This document shows, in pieces, positions 30,443 through 40,523 of a DNA stretch of 64,000 bases. A program made the position numbers and the translations under genes. Each line of letters starts with the position of its first letter. Positions within the stretch are counted from its first letter, which is position 1. The notes under the pieces are model-generated. The model made no database searches, had not been told where the DNA came from, and saw nothing but the letters and a program-made list of their open reading frames with translations. This DNA is from Pelagibacterales bacterium SAG-MED20 (GTDB lineage: Bacteria; Pseudomonadota; Alphaproteobacteria; Pelagibacterales; Pelagibacteraceae): assembly GCA_014653975.1 (NCBI GenBank), contig JACWDR010000002.1, positions 1,887-65,886 on the forward strand. Direction: 5' to 3'.

Positions 30443-31525
30443 ATGATTATGGTTCCTATTAAAGAAGCACTTACCTTTGATGATGTTACTATGGCTCCGA
30501 AATATTCGGAGGTGCTACCTTCTGAAGTAGATACAAGCACACAATTATCAAAGAATTTAATATTAAAAATACCGATATTATCATCTGCGATGGATACAGT
30601 GACGGAGAGTAAAATGGCAATTTCTATAGCTAAAGCTGGGGGTATAGGAGTCATACATAGAAACCTTGATATTAAAAAACAAATTGAAGAAATTAAAAAA
30701 GTAAAAAAGTTAAAATTAATAGTTGGTGCAGCTGTAGGTGCTGGACAGTTTGAAAATAAAAGAGCAGAAGCAATATTAAAAGAAAAAGTAGATTTAATTG
30801 TAGTTGATACAGCACATGCTCATAGTAAAAAAGTAGCAGAAATAATTAGATTAATTAAAAGAAAAAAAAATAAAAACACAACTTTGTGTGCAGGTAATAT
30901 AGCAACTACAGAAGCTGCTAAATTTTTAATTAAACTTGGTGTAGATGTAGTGAAAGTTGGAATTGGACCAGGTTCAATTTGTACAACACGATTAGTTGCA
31001 GGAATAGGTGTTCCACAATTGAGTGCAATTATAGAAGTTAAAAGAGGAGTTAAAAATAAAAAAACAAAAATAATTTCTGATGGTGGAATAAAGTATTCAG
31101 GAGATATAGCGAAAGCATTGTCAGCAGGAGCCGACGCGGTAATGATAGGATCCTTATTTGCAGGCACAATGGAAGCACCAGGAAAATTGATTAAAAAGAG
31201 TGGAAAATTATATAAAAGTTTTAGAGGAATGGGGTCCGTTGGAGCCATGAATAAAGGTTCTGCTGAAAGATATTTTCAAAAAAAACAAAAAGATATATCA
31301 AAATATGTTCCAGAGGGAGTTGAGGGGTTTGTAAAATTCAAAGGGAATATGGAAAGTATAATTTATAAATTAGTAGGCGGCTTAAAGTCATCAATGGGAT
31401 ATTTAGGAGCAAAAAAAATTTTTAAATTAAAAGTGAAAACTAAATTTGTAAAAATAACAAAAGCAGGATTTTATGAAAGTATGGTTCATAATGTTGATGA
31501 AGTTAAAAAGGATAGAAAATATTAA
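30443..31525 (+). CDS. guaB: IMP dehydrogenase lacking the CBS (Bateman) domain
   Basis: GIGPGSICTTR catalytic loop, FRGMGS, VPEGVEG; 360 aa. Confidence 0.96.
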   Translation: MIMVPIKEALTFDDVTMAPKYSEVLPSEVDTSTQLSKNLILKIPILSSAMDTVTESKMAISIAKAGGIGVIHRNLDIKKQIEEIKKVKKLKLIVGAAVGAGQFENKRAEAILKEKVDLIVVDTAHAHSKKVAEIIRLIKRKKNKNTTLCAGNIATTEAAKFLIKLGVDVVKVGIGPGSICTTRLVAGIGVPQLSAIIEVKRGVKNKKTKIISDGGIKYSGDIAKALSAGADAVMIGSLFAGTMEAPGKLIKKSGKLYKSFRGMGSVGAMNKGSAERYFQKKQKDISKYVPEGVEGFVKFKGNMESIIYKLVGGLKSSMGYLGAKKIFKLKVKTKFVKITKAGFYESMVHNVDEVKKDRKY

Positions 31526-31962
31526 TGATAAATAAAATTAAAATAACTTTGATTACTTTTTTAATATTAAGTTGGTCCAATTTACTAATTGCAGAAAACA
31601 ACTTTTTTAAAGAAGGTAAAAAAAAATATAATGAGAAAGAATATGAAGTTTCAAAATTTTTATTTCAGAGAAGTATAGTTTTTAACCCAAAAGACACAGA
31701 CTCTTATTTATATCTAGCAAAAATTTATAATTCTGAAGAAAATCAAAAAGAAGAGGAAAAAAATATTAACACAGTACTTTTGTTAGAACCCTCAAATGAA
31801 GAGGCTTTATATATGTTAATGAATATAGAAATCAAAAAATCTAATTACACTAAAGTAAAAAAACTAACAGAAAAATTCTCAAAAGTATGTAAAGATTTAT
31901 GTGAAAAGAAGCAATCAATTTTAGATTCGTTAAAAAATATAGAACCACGAAATGATTCTTAG
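31525..31962 (+). CDS. Exported TPR protein
   Basis: Signal peptide and TPR-like helices ([15 protein letters not shown]; EPSNEEALY). Confidence 0.75.
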   Translation: MINKIKITLITFLILSWSNLLIAENNFFKEGKKKYNEKEYEVSKFLFQRSIVFNPKDTDSYLYLAKIYNSEENQKEEEKNINTVLLLEPSNEEALYMLMNIEIKKSNYTKVKKLTEKFSKVCKDLCEKKQSILDSLKNIEPRNDS

Positions 31963-33517
31963 TAATAGTCTAAGTAAAATCTTGATAATTGATTTTGGTT
32001 CCCAATTTACTCAGTTAATAGCAAGAAGAGTAAGAGAATTAGGTGTGTTTTCAGTAATCATTAGTCACAAAAAAGTTAATATAAGAACATTTACAAAACA
32101 AAATGTAAGTGGAATTATTTTGTCAGGTGGACCATTAAATGTTTATCAAAAAGATAAATTTAGTTTTGATAAAAGAATTTTAAAATTAAGAATACCAATT
32201 TTGGGTATTTGTTTTGGTCATCAAATTTTATCAAAAGAGTTAGGTGGAAGGGTCAAAAAATCTAAACACAGAGAATTTGGCTTAGCTCAAGTAACTAAGG
32301 TTTCAAACAGTGAACTAACGAGAAATTTTTTCGATAAAAAAAATAAAAATGAAGTTTGGATGAGTCACTCAGACCAAGTTTCTAGAATGCCCAAAAATTT
32401 CAGAATTATTGCATCTAGTCAAAACTCAAAATTGACTATAATTGAAAATTTAAAAGATAAATTTTATGGAGTCCAATTTCATCCTGAAGTAACGCATACT
32501 AATAATGGTAAAATTCTATTACGTAATTTTTTATTTTTAATTTGTAAGGTTAAAAAAAATTGGTCTTCTAAAGATCAAAAAATAAATTTGATTAAAGAAA
32601 TTCAAGATCAAGTTGGAAATAACAAAGTTATTTGTGGTTTATCAGGTGGAGTTGACAGTAGTGTTGTTGCACAACTACTAAGTAAAGCTATTAAAAAAAA
32701 TTTAATCTGTATATTTGTTAACAATGGACTTTTGAGAAAAAATGAAGAATTGCAAGTTGTAAATACTTTTAAAAAGAAGTTAAAGATAAACTTAATTTAT
32801 GTAAATGCAGAAAAGGAATTTATTAAAAAATTAAACAATATTTTCGATCCAGAAAAAAAAAGAAAAATTATAGGTAATTTGTTTATTAAAATTTTTGAAA
32901 GATATGCCAAAAAAATCAAAGATGTAAAGTTTTTAGCTCAGGGCACTCTCTATCCAGATTTAATAGAAAGTAAATCTGTAACTGGCAGTCAAACTTCTAA
33001 AATAAAATCTCATCATAATGTAGGAGGACTTCCAAAAAAAATGAAACTTAAGTTAGTGGAACCACTTAAATTTTTATTTAAAGACGAAGTTAGAAAGTTA
33101 GGTTTAGAGTTAAATTTGTCTAAAGATATAATTTCACGCCACCCATTTCCTGGCCCTGGTTTAGCTATCAGAATGCCAGGAGTTATAACAAATGAAAAAA
33201 TTAGGATATTAAAAGAAGCGGATTACTACTTTATTAATGAATTAAGAAAATCAAATTTATACGATAAAATCTGGCAAGCTTATGCCGCGTTATTACCTGT
33301 AAAAACCGTTGGTGTAATGGGTGACAATAGAACTTATGAATATATTTGTTTATTGAGAGCTATTACGTCTCAAGATGGTATGACTGCTGATTTTTATAAT
33401 TTTGATAAAAAATTTATGCAAACGATATCCAACAAAATTATTAATAATATTCGAGGAATTAACAGGGTTGTTTATGATATCACCTCAAAACCGCCAAGCA
33501 CTATTGAGTTAGAATAA
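31952..33517 (+). CDS. guaA: GMP synthase (glutamine-hydrolysing)
   Basis: [40 protein letters not shown]. Confidence 0.98.
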   Translation: MILSNSLSKILIIDFGSQFTQLIARRVRELGVFSVIISHKKVNIRTFTKQNVSGIILSGGPLNVYQKDKFSFDKRILKLRIPILGICFGHQILSKELGGRVKKSKHREFGLAQVTKVSNSELTRNFFDKKNKNEVWMSHSDQVSRMPKNFRIIASSQNSKLTIIENLKDKFYGVQFHPEVTHTNNGKILLRNFLFLICKVKKNWSSKDQKINLIKEIQDQVGNNKVICGLSGGVDSSVVAQLLSKAIKKNLICIFVNNGLLRKNEELQVVNTFKKKLKINLIYVNAEKEFIKKLNNIFDPEKKRKIIGNLFIKIFERYAKKIKDVKFLAQGTLYPDLIESKSVTGSQTSKIKSHHNVGGLPKKMKLKLVEPLKFLFKDEVRKLGLELNLSKDIISRHPFPGPGLAIRMPGVITNEKIRILKEADYYFINELRKSNLYDKIWQAYAALLPVKTVGVMGDNRTYEYICLLRAITSQDGMTADFYNFDKKFMQTISNKIINNIRGINRVVYDITSKPPSTIELE

Positions 33518-33544
33518 TATTTTTTTTAAGCTATAATCTTTTTA

Positions 33545-33964
33545 ATGAAATATTTACATACAATGATTAGAATTTCTAATATTGAAAAATCATTACACTT
33601 TTTTTGTGATGGCTTAGGACTTAAAGAAACAAGAAGAGTAGAAAATGAAAAGGGTAGATTTACCCTAATTTTCTTGGCAGCACCTAATGATGAAAAGGCA
33701 GAAATAGAATTAACTTATAATTGGGATGGTGATCAACTTGGGGAAGGTTCTAGAAACTTTGGTCATTTAGCATATAGAGTAGAAAATATTTACGATACAT
33801 GTCAAAGACTCTTAAAATTGGGTTTTGTAATAAATAGGCCTCCTAGAGATGGTCATATGGCTTTTGTTAAATCTCCAGATAATATTTCTATAGAAATATT
33901 ACAAGAAGGCAATTTAGATCTTAAAGAACCATGGTTGAGTATGCAAAATGTTGGAACTTGGTAG
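33545..33964 (+). CDS. gloA: Lactoylglutathione lyase (glyoxalase I)
   Basis: YLHTMIR, IELTYNW, FGHLA, SPDNISIE. Confidence 0.92.
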   Translation: MKYLHTMIRISNIEKSLHFFCDGLGLKETRRVENEKGRFTLIFLAAPNDEKAEIELTYNWDGDQLGEGSRNFGHLAYRVENIYDTCQRLLKLGFVINRPPRDGHMAFVKSPDNISIEILQEGNLDLKEPWLSMQNVGTW

Positions 33965-33971
33965 CCTTAAA

Positions 33972-34745
33972 ATGAAAAGTGTACTTAATAAAATTTTAAA
34001 AAAAAAAAATAAATCTAAAATTATTTGTCTCACGGCTTATTCTAAAAATATTGCTCAAATTATAGATAAACATTGTGATATAGTTTTAGTTGGAGACTCC
34101 TTGGGGTCTGTTTTATATAATTATAAATCTACAAAGAAAGTTACACTTGATATAATGATTGAACATTCAAAGAGTGTAAGAATGGGTATTAAAAAAAGTC
34201 TCATGGTGGTAGATATGCCATATAATACCTATAGAAATAGTTCAGAAGGATTAAAAAATGCTAAAAAAATAATGCGAATAACAAAATGTGATGCTGTTAA
34301 ATTAGAAGGTGGAACAAAAATCTTTAATACAGTTAAAACCTTAATTAAAAATAAGATCCCAGTAATGGGCCATTTAGGAGTTTTACCTCAGTCAGCTAAA
34401 AACTTTAAATCAAAAGGAAAAAAAAAATCAGAAAAAAAAAAAATTTTGAAAGAGGCTAAACTTTTAGAACAAGCTGGTGTATTTTCAATTGTTTTAGAGT
34501 GTGTAGAAACACAATTAGCAAAAAATATAACTAGGGAGATAAAAATACCAACAATAGGAATAGGAGCATCTCTATATTGTGACGGTCAAGTTCTAGTCAC
34601 TGATGATTTAATCGGGTTGAACCAAATAAAAGTAAGGTTTGTTAAAAAATATGAAAATATTACTAAAAAAATTAGATCTGCTATAATTAATTTTAAAAAT
34701 GAAGTTAAAAAAAAAAAATTTCCTCAAAAAAAACACAGTTATTAA
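33972..34745 (+). CDS. panB: 3-methyl-2-oxobutanoate hydroxymethyltransferase
   Basis: LVGDSLG, VDMPY, AVKLEGG, GHLG.LPQ, PTIGIGA, DGQVLV; ATG 33972. Confidence 0.95.
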   Translation: MKSVLNKILKKKNKSKIICLTAYSKNIAQIIDKHCDIVLVGDSLGSVLYNYKSTKKVTLDIMIEHSKSVRMGIKKSLMVVDMPYNTYRNSSEGLKNAKKIMRITKCDAVKLEGGTKIFNTVKTLIKNKIPVMGHLGVLPQSAKNFKSKGKKKSEKKKILKEAKLLEQAGVFSIVLECVETQLAKNITREIKIPTIGIGASLYCDGQVLVTDDLIGLNQIKVRFVKKYENITKKIRSAIINFKNEVKKKKFPQKKHSY

Positions 34746-34748
34746 AAT

Positions 34749-35915
34749 ATGAATTTTAGTAAAGCAGAATATAAAAATAGATTAAAAAGAGTTCAAGCTT
34801 CTATGCAGAAAGCCGGTATAGAGCTGTTAATATCACATGATACAGCAAATATGAATTATCTAACTGGTTATGATGCATGGTCATTTTATTATGCACAGGC
34901 TGTTGTAATTCATGTAAATGCTGATGAACCCTTATGCTGGGTAAGAAAGCAAGACTCTGGAGGAGCATACATAAAAACCTACTTAAATAATGAAAATATC
35001 ATTCCATATGATGAAAAATATATTCATACATGGCCATTACACCCTTATGACAACCTTGTAGATATTATAAAGGAAAGAAAATGGGATAAACTCACAATAG
35101 GACTGGAAATGGATAGTCATTATTTTACCGCTTATTGTTATGAAAAAATTAAACAAGGTTTACCAAATGCAAAATTAAAAGATTGTGAAAGATTGGTCAA
35201 CTGGGCAAGAGTTATTAAATCTGATGCTGAAATTAAATTAATGAAATCAGCTGCACTTATTTCTCAAAAAGGAATGCAAACAGCAATTGATGTTATAAAT
35301 CCTGGTGTAAGACAATGTGATGCGGTGGGTGAAATACAAAAAGCCTTGTTTTATGGAACTCAAGAATTTGGAGGAGAATATTCTAGTATAGCAACTCTAT
35401 TACCAACGGGAAAAGGAACTTCTGCTTCTCATTTAACAGCTTCACAAGATAAATTTATTGAAGGAGAGGCAACAATTATTGAACTTTCAGGAGTTTATCA
35501 AAGATACCATTGTCCAATGGCAAGAACTGTTTTACTTGGAAAACCTGATCAAAAAAAAATTGATACTATGAATAAAACAAATGAGGCGTTACAAGCAGGG
35601 ATCGATGCTGCAAAACCAGGCAAAACTGCAGATGATGTTGCGCAAGCATTCTGGAAAATATTAGATAAGTATGGAATAGAAAAAACATCACGAACTGGAT
35701 ATTCAATAGGCATCGGTTATCCACCAGATTGGGGTGAACATACCTTAAATATATCAAAGGGAGATATGACTATTTTAGAACCAAATGTAACTTTTCACAT
35801 GATTGCGGTCATGCAATTTGGAGATTGGGGTGTTGAAGCATCAGAGGCAATACGAATAACTGACAAAGGATGTGAGTTATTCTGTAATTTTCCTAAAGAT
35901 TTGCACATTAAATAG
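34749..35915 (+). CDS. doeA: M24-family hydrolase of the ectoine hydrolase (DoeA/EutD) type
   Basis: LTGYDAWSFY, HPYD, GYSIGIGYPPDWGE and TFH match my recollection of DoeA/EutD rather than Xaa-Pro aminopeptidases; substrate not proven. Confidence 0.72.
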   Translation: MNFSKAEYKNRLKRVQASMQKAGIELLISHDTANMNYLTGYDAWSFYYAQAVVIHVNADEPLCWVRKQDSGGAYIKTYLNNENIIPYDEKYIHTWPLHPYDNLVDIIKERKWDKLTIGLEMDSHYFTAYCYEKIKQGLPNAKLKDCERLVNWARVIKSDAEIKLMKSAALISQKGMQTAIDVINPGVRQCDAVGEIQKALFYGTQEFGGEYSSIATLLPTGKGTSASHLTASQDKFIEGEATIIELSGVYQRYHCPMARTVLLGKPDQKKIDTMNKTNEALQAGIDAAKPGKTADDVAQAFWKILDKYGIEKTSRTGYSIGIGYPPDWGEHTLNISKGDMTILEPNVTFHMIAVMQFGDWGVEASEAIRITDKGCELFCNFPKDLHIK

Positions 35916-35965
35916 CCTAAATAAAAAAACTTGATAAATAACTCTACAAATGTTTTAAATTCCTG

Positions 35966-37054
35966 ATGTCAAAAAACAAACAATTCGTGAAATTTGATAA
36001 TGTAGATAAAAGCTACGATGGAAAAATCTTAGTTGTTAAAGGATTGAACCTAGATATTGAAGAGGGAGAGTTTGTAACAATGTTAGGACCCTCTGGTTCT
36101 GGTAAGACAACTTGTTTAATGATGTTGGCTGGTTTTGAAACTCCAACTCATGGAGAAATTTATTTGGATAATAATGTTATTTCCAATATTCCACCCCACA
36201 AAAGAGGTATTGGAATGGTATTTCAAAACTATGCTTTATTTCCTCATATGACAGTATATGAAAACTTAGCATTTCCATTAAGAGTTAGAAAAATTCCAAA
36301 AGATGAAGCAGATAAAAAAATTGATAAAGCTTTATCAATGGTATCTCTTCAAGGTTTTGAAGCAAGAATGCCAATGCAATTATCAGGAGGACAACAACAA
36401 AGAGTCGCAGTAGCGAGATCACTTGTGTTTGATCCAAAGCTTGTTTTAATGGATGAGCCACTGGGAGCTTTGGATAAAAATTTAAGAGAAAGCATGCAGT
36501 ATGAAATTAAACATATTCATGAAAGTATTGGTGTAACTGTTGTCTATGTAACACACGATCAAACAGAGGCTCTGACAATGTCAAATAGAATTGCAGTATT
36601 TAATGATGGGAAAGTTCAACAACTTTCAAGTCCTGATGATCTTTATGAAAAACCAGTAAATTCATTTGTAGCAGAGTTTATAGGTGAAAATAATACATTC
36701 AATGGAACAGTGAGCGATGTTTCGGAAAGTGCATGCAAGGTTAAATTGAATAATGGAACTGAAATTTTAGCAAATCCTATTTCTGTGAAAGCTAAAGGGG
36801 ATAAAACTACTGTATCTTTAAGACCAGAAAGAGCTTTAATAAATCCAGAAAATAAAATGGACAACAACCACAAAGGAAAAATTAAAGAGGTGATCTATCA
36901 CGGCGATCACACTAGATTAAGAATAGATATGTTAGGAAATGAACAATTTATTTTAAAAATTCCAAATAGTTCCTCAAATCTAGATATTAAACTTGGAAAT
37001 GAAATTAATATTGGTTGGAATGCGATTGATAGTAGAGCCTTAGATCCAAAATAG
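35966..37054 (+). CDS. potA: ABC transporter ATPase, PotA-like
   Basis: GPSGSGKT, FQNYALFPHM, LSGGQQQR, TOBE-like C-terminus. Confidence 0.9.
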   Translation: MSKNKQFVKFDNVDKSYDGKILVVKGLNLDIEEGEFVTMLGPSGSGKTTCLMMLAGFETPTHGEIYLDNNVISNIPPHKRGIGMVFQNYALFPHMTVYENLAFPLRVRKIPKDEADKKIDKALSMVSLQGFEARMPMQLSGGQQQRVAVARSLVFDPKLVLMDEPLGALDKNLRESMQYEIKHIHESIGVTVVYVTHDQTEALTMSNRIAVFNDGKVQQLSSPDDLYEKPVNSFVAEFIGENNTFNGTVSDVSESACKVKLNNGTEILANPISVKAKGDKTTVSLRPERALINPENKMDNNHKGKIKEVIYHGDHTRLRIDMLGNEQFILKIPNSSSNLDIKLGNEINIGWNAIDSRALDPK

Positions 37055-37097
37055 ATAATCAAAATTTACTTTAAAAATAAAGGCAAAATAGCCATAA

Positions 37098-37133
37098 TTG
37101 ACTGTTGACTCATCTTGTTGATCTTGTTTTAAT
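37098..37133 (+). promoter_or_regulatory. Internal sigma70 promoter for the solute-binding protein gene
   Basis: TTGACT (37105-37110)-N17-TTTAAT (37128-37133); tandem repeats TTGACT and ATCTTGTT overlap it. Confidence 0.6.
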
Positions 37134-37174
37134 TTCTCTTTATAAAAATACGTTAACGTTAAATAGGAGATAAA

Positions 37175-38296
37175 ATGAAAAAATTAAGTAAATTATTACT
37201 TGCTCTTTCTTTTGTACTATCTGTTACTACTTCAGCATTTGCAGTTACTGTAGTGTCTTGGGGTGGAGCTTACACAGAAAGTCAAAAATTAGGGTATGGT
37301 GATCCTACTGCTAAGAAATTAGGAATACCTGTTAATTGGGTAGACTACACAGGTGGATTATCTGAAATTAAAGCTCAAAAAGAAGCTGGAAAAATCACTT
37401 GGGATATCATTGATGTGTACGCAAAAGACACTATCATTGGTTGCGATGAAGGAATTTTTGTTGAATTCGATTTCGACAAAGACTTTGCTCCTGCACCAGA
37501 TGGAACACCAGCAAGTAAAGACTTTTTCACAGGCATGCCTTCTAAGTGCGCAGTTGGAAACATTCTTTACTCATGGAACTACGCTTACAATAAAGACAAT
37601 GTAAAAGGTACTCCAAAAACTATTAAAGACTTTTTTAACACTAAAAAGTTTCCAGGTAAGAGAGCACTTTATAAAGGTGCAATGTCTAACCTAGAAATAG
37701 CTATGGCTGGTGCTTTAAAAGTTAAGCCTGGTAAAGGTAACGGTAAAGTTTGGGATGCTCTATCAAAAGATGGTGGAGTTGACAAAGCTATTGCTGCAAT
37801 TAAAAAACTTTGTACTGATCCAAAAGGTGGATGTGTATTCTGGAATGCTGGAGCTCAGCCACCAGAATTATTAGCTAATGGTGAAGTTGTTATGGCTACT
37901 GGTTGGAATGGTAGATTCTTTAATGCACAAATGGAAGGAACTCCAATTGTACAAGTATGGGATGGTCAAATTCTAGACTATGAATACTTTGCTATGGTAA
38001 AAGGTGGACCTAACGATGCAAATGGTAAAGCTATGAAAGTTCTTAGAGAAATGACAAGTACTGAAGGTCTAGCAGGAAGTGCTAAGTATATTGCTTACGC
38101 TCCTTGGAGAAAATCTTCAATTGCTATCATGGAAGCTGGAGAGCCTTGGTTTAAAGATGGTAAGACTAACATGGTACCACATATGCCAACAGCACCTGCT
38201 AATACTAAAAACTATATCCTAATGAGCGGTGAATTTTGGGCTGATAACCAAGATGAAATCGGCGAAAAATGGGAAGCTATGAAAGCTGGTCTGTAA
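37175..38296 (+). CDS. potD: ABC solute-binding protein, PotD-like (polyamine/GABA/osmolyte subfamily)
   Basis: Signal peptide, VVSWGGAY, FPGKR, WNGR; strong SD and high-expression codon usage. Confidence 0.88.
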   Translation: MKKLSKLLLALSFVLSVTTSAFAVTVVSWGGAYTESQKLGYGDPTAKKLGIPVNWVDYTGGLSEIKAQKEAGKITWDIIDVYAKDTIIGCDEGIFVEFDFDKDFAPAPDGTPASKDFFTGMPSKCAVGNILYSWNYAYNKDNVKGTPKTIKDFFNTKKFPGKRALYKGAMSNLEIAMAGALKVKPGKGNGKVWDALSKDGGVDKAIAAIKKLCTDPKGGCVFWNAGAQPPELLANGEVVMATGWNGRFFNAQMEGTPIVQVWDGQILDYEYFAMVKGGPNDANGKAMKVLREMTSTEGLAGSAKYIAYAPWRKSSIAIMEAGEPWFKDGKTNMVPHMPTAPANTKNYILMSGEFWADNQDEIGEKWEAMKAGL

Positions 38297-38327
38297 TTTA
38301 ATTATAGATTAAACTTTTAATTTATTT

Positions 38328-38359
38328 AAAGGGCGGTTATTATATAACCGCCCTTTTTT
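38328..38359 (+). terminator. Intrinsic terminator/stabilising hairpin between SBP and permease genes
   Basis: AAAGGGCGGTTAT-TAT-ATAACCGCCCTTTTTT. Confidence 0.88.
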
Positions 38360-38362
38360 ATT

Positions 38363-39610
38363 ATGAGCAAAGAACAAATTTTATCATCTGATGGTGTTCC
38401 TCTTGAGGTCAGTTTAAAAAAAGCTGAAAGAAGAAATAAAATAAGAGCATTAATGCTTGTGGGTCCTTTATTCTTGTTTCTTTTAATCACTTACGTATTT
38501 CCAATTGGTGACATGTTGTTTCGAAGTGTTGATGACCGTATGATTACAAGTAAGTTACCCAATACTTTTGCAGCTTTGGAACAATGGGATGGTAAAGAAT
38601 TACCTGATGAAGAAGTGTATGAAGCATTTTATAAAGACTTTTATCCGTTAGCTATAGCCAAGGAAGCTGGGAAACTATATCAAAGATTAAATTATGAAAA
38701 ATCAGGTTTTAGCAGTGGCCTAAAAAAAACAAATAGAAAAATTAAAAAATTTGAAAAAGGAAATTATAAAGAACAGTTCATGGCGACCCATAAGATATGG
38801 AACAAAGTTGAATATTGGACGGCATTAAAAAATACGGGTCCTAATTGGTCTTATGCTAAATATTTAAAAGGTATGGATTTAAAATTTGACGATCAACGAA
38901 ACATAGTACAGGTTGCCGAAGATAGACAAATACATAAAATTCTTTGGTTAAGAACGCTAAATGTAGCTTTTTGGGTTACGGTTTTTTGTTTTTGTTTGGC
39001 TTATCCAATTTCACATTTATTGGCAACACTACCCATGAAATATAGTAATTTGCTAATGATCTGTGTTTTACTTCCCTTCTGGACATCATTACTAGTTAGA
39101 ACTTCAAGTTGGATGGTGTTACTTCAACAACAAGGCCCAATTAATGATTTAATTGTTTGGCTTGGTCTGGCAGCTAACGATAATAGACCAGAGTTGATGT
39201 ACAATGTTATCGGAACATTTGTTGCCATGACACAAATTCTTTTACCTTTTATGGTGCTGCCGCTTTATAGTGTAATGAAAACAATTTCTCCAAGCTTAAT
39301 GCGTGCTGGAAAATCGTTAGGTGGAACACCTTTAACAGCATTTATAAAAATTTACTTTCCCTTAACCATGCCTGGAATTGGAGCGGGTTGTTTATTAGTA
39401 TTTATAATCTCAATTGGTTATTATATTACACCAGCTTTAGTAGGTGGGGCTAGTGGATCATTAATTAGTAACACGATTGCATATCACATGAAGAGCTCGT
39501 TAGATTGGGCTTTTGCATCAGCATTAGGAACTATGTTGTTAGTTGGTGTTTTAGCAATTTATTGGGTTTATAATAAATTAGTTGGAATAGATAACATTAA
39601 ATTAGGATAA
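38363..39610 (+). CDS. potB: ABC permease, PotB-like with extended periplasmic domain
   Basis: LPFWTSLLVR, LPFMVLPLY, EAA-like RAGKSLG. Confidence 0.88.
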   Translation: MSKEQILSSDGVPLEVSLKKAERRNKIRALMLVGPLFLFLLITYVFPIGDMLFRSVDDRMITSKLPNTFAALEQWDGKELPDEEVYEAFYKDFYPLAIAKEAGKLYQRLNYEKSGFSSGLKKTNRKIKKFEKGNYKEQFMATHKIWNKVEYWTALKNTGPNWSYAKYLKGMDLKFDDQRNIVQVAEDRQIHKILWLRTLNVAFWVTVFCFCLAYPISHLLATLPMKYSNLLMICVLLPFWTSLLVRTSSWMVLLQQQGPINDLIVWLGLAANDNRPELMYNVIGTFVAMTQILLPFMVLPLYSVMKTISPSLMRAGKSLGGTPLTAFIKIYFPLTMPGIGAGCLLVFIISIGYYITPALVGGASGSLISNTIAYHMKSSLDWAFASALGTMLLVGVLAIYWVYNKLVGIDNIKLG

Positions 39611-39612
39611 CT

Positions 39613-40467
39613 ATGGCTCTACCGAATTACACACCAATACATTATAGAATATGGCATTATACATATTTAGTTATTTGTAGTCTTGTATTTTTCTTTTTAA
39701 TTGCACCACTATTTGTAATTTTACCACTTTCATTTAATGCTGAGCAATATATTCATTTTTCAGAAAAAATGTTAGCACTAGATCCAGACGGTTTTTCTCT
39801 GAGATGGTATAAAGATATGATCTGGGGAACAAAAAACCCTTGGGGTCTAGCAACAAAAAACAGTTTAGTAATTGCCTTTTTTGCAACTATAGGATCAACA
39901 ATTCTTGGAACTGTTGCAGCGCTAGGTTTAAGCAGTAGACATATGCCTTATAAGGCAGCGTTTATGGCTTTATTAATTTCACCTATGATAGTTCCATTAA
40001 TTATCTCTGGTACAGCAATTTTTTTCTTTATGGCAAAGGTAGGCTTAGCTGCAACACATACAGGAATTATTCTTTCACATATAATTTTAGGGACACCTTT
40101 TGTTGTGATAACAGTTACAGCAACTTTAAGTGGATTTGATCATAGCGTTACAAGAGCAGCAGCAAGCTTGGGCAGTAATCCTGTTAACACTTTTATGAAG
40201 GTCACTTTACCATTAATCACTCCAGGAGTAATCTCTGGAGCATTATTTGCTTTTGTAACCTCATTTGATGAAGTTATAGTTGTCTTATTCTTGGCTGGAC
40301 TAGAAAATACAACAATACCAATTCAAATGTGGGTAGGTCTAAGAGAACAATTGAGTCCAACAATATTGGCTGTGGCAACCTGTTTGATTATAATGTCGAC
40401 GTTAATACTTGTTAGTGCTGAGCTTTTGAGAAGAAGATCTGAAAGACTAAGAGGAATTAATAGGTAA
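39613..40467 (+). CDS. potC: ABC permease, PotC-like
   Basis: GFSLRWY, RAAASLG, FVTSFDEV. Confidence 0.88.
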   Translation: MALPNYTPIHYRIWHYTYLVICSLVFFFLIAPLFVILPLSFNAEQYIHFSEKMLALDPDGFSLRWYKDMIWGTKNPWGLATKNSLVIAFFATIGSTILGTVAALGLSSRHMPYKAAFMALLISPMIVPLIISGTAIFFFMAKVGLAATHTGIILSHIILGTPFVVITVTATLSGFDHSVTRAAASLGSNPVNTFMKVTLPLITPGVISGALFAFVTSFDEVIVVLFLAGLENTTIPIQMWVGLREQLSPTILAVATCLIIMSTLILVSAELLRRRSERLRGINR

Positions 40468-40523
40468 TTCATTTACTAATTTCACTTTTTTTATTATAAA
40501 TAACTTTTCAACTTTAAAATCTT

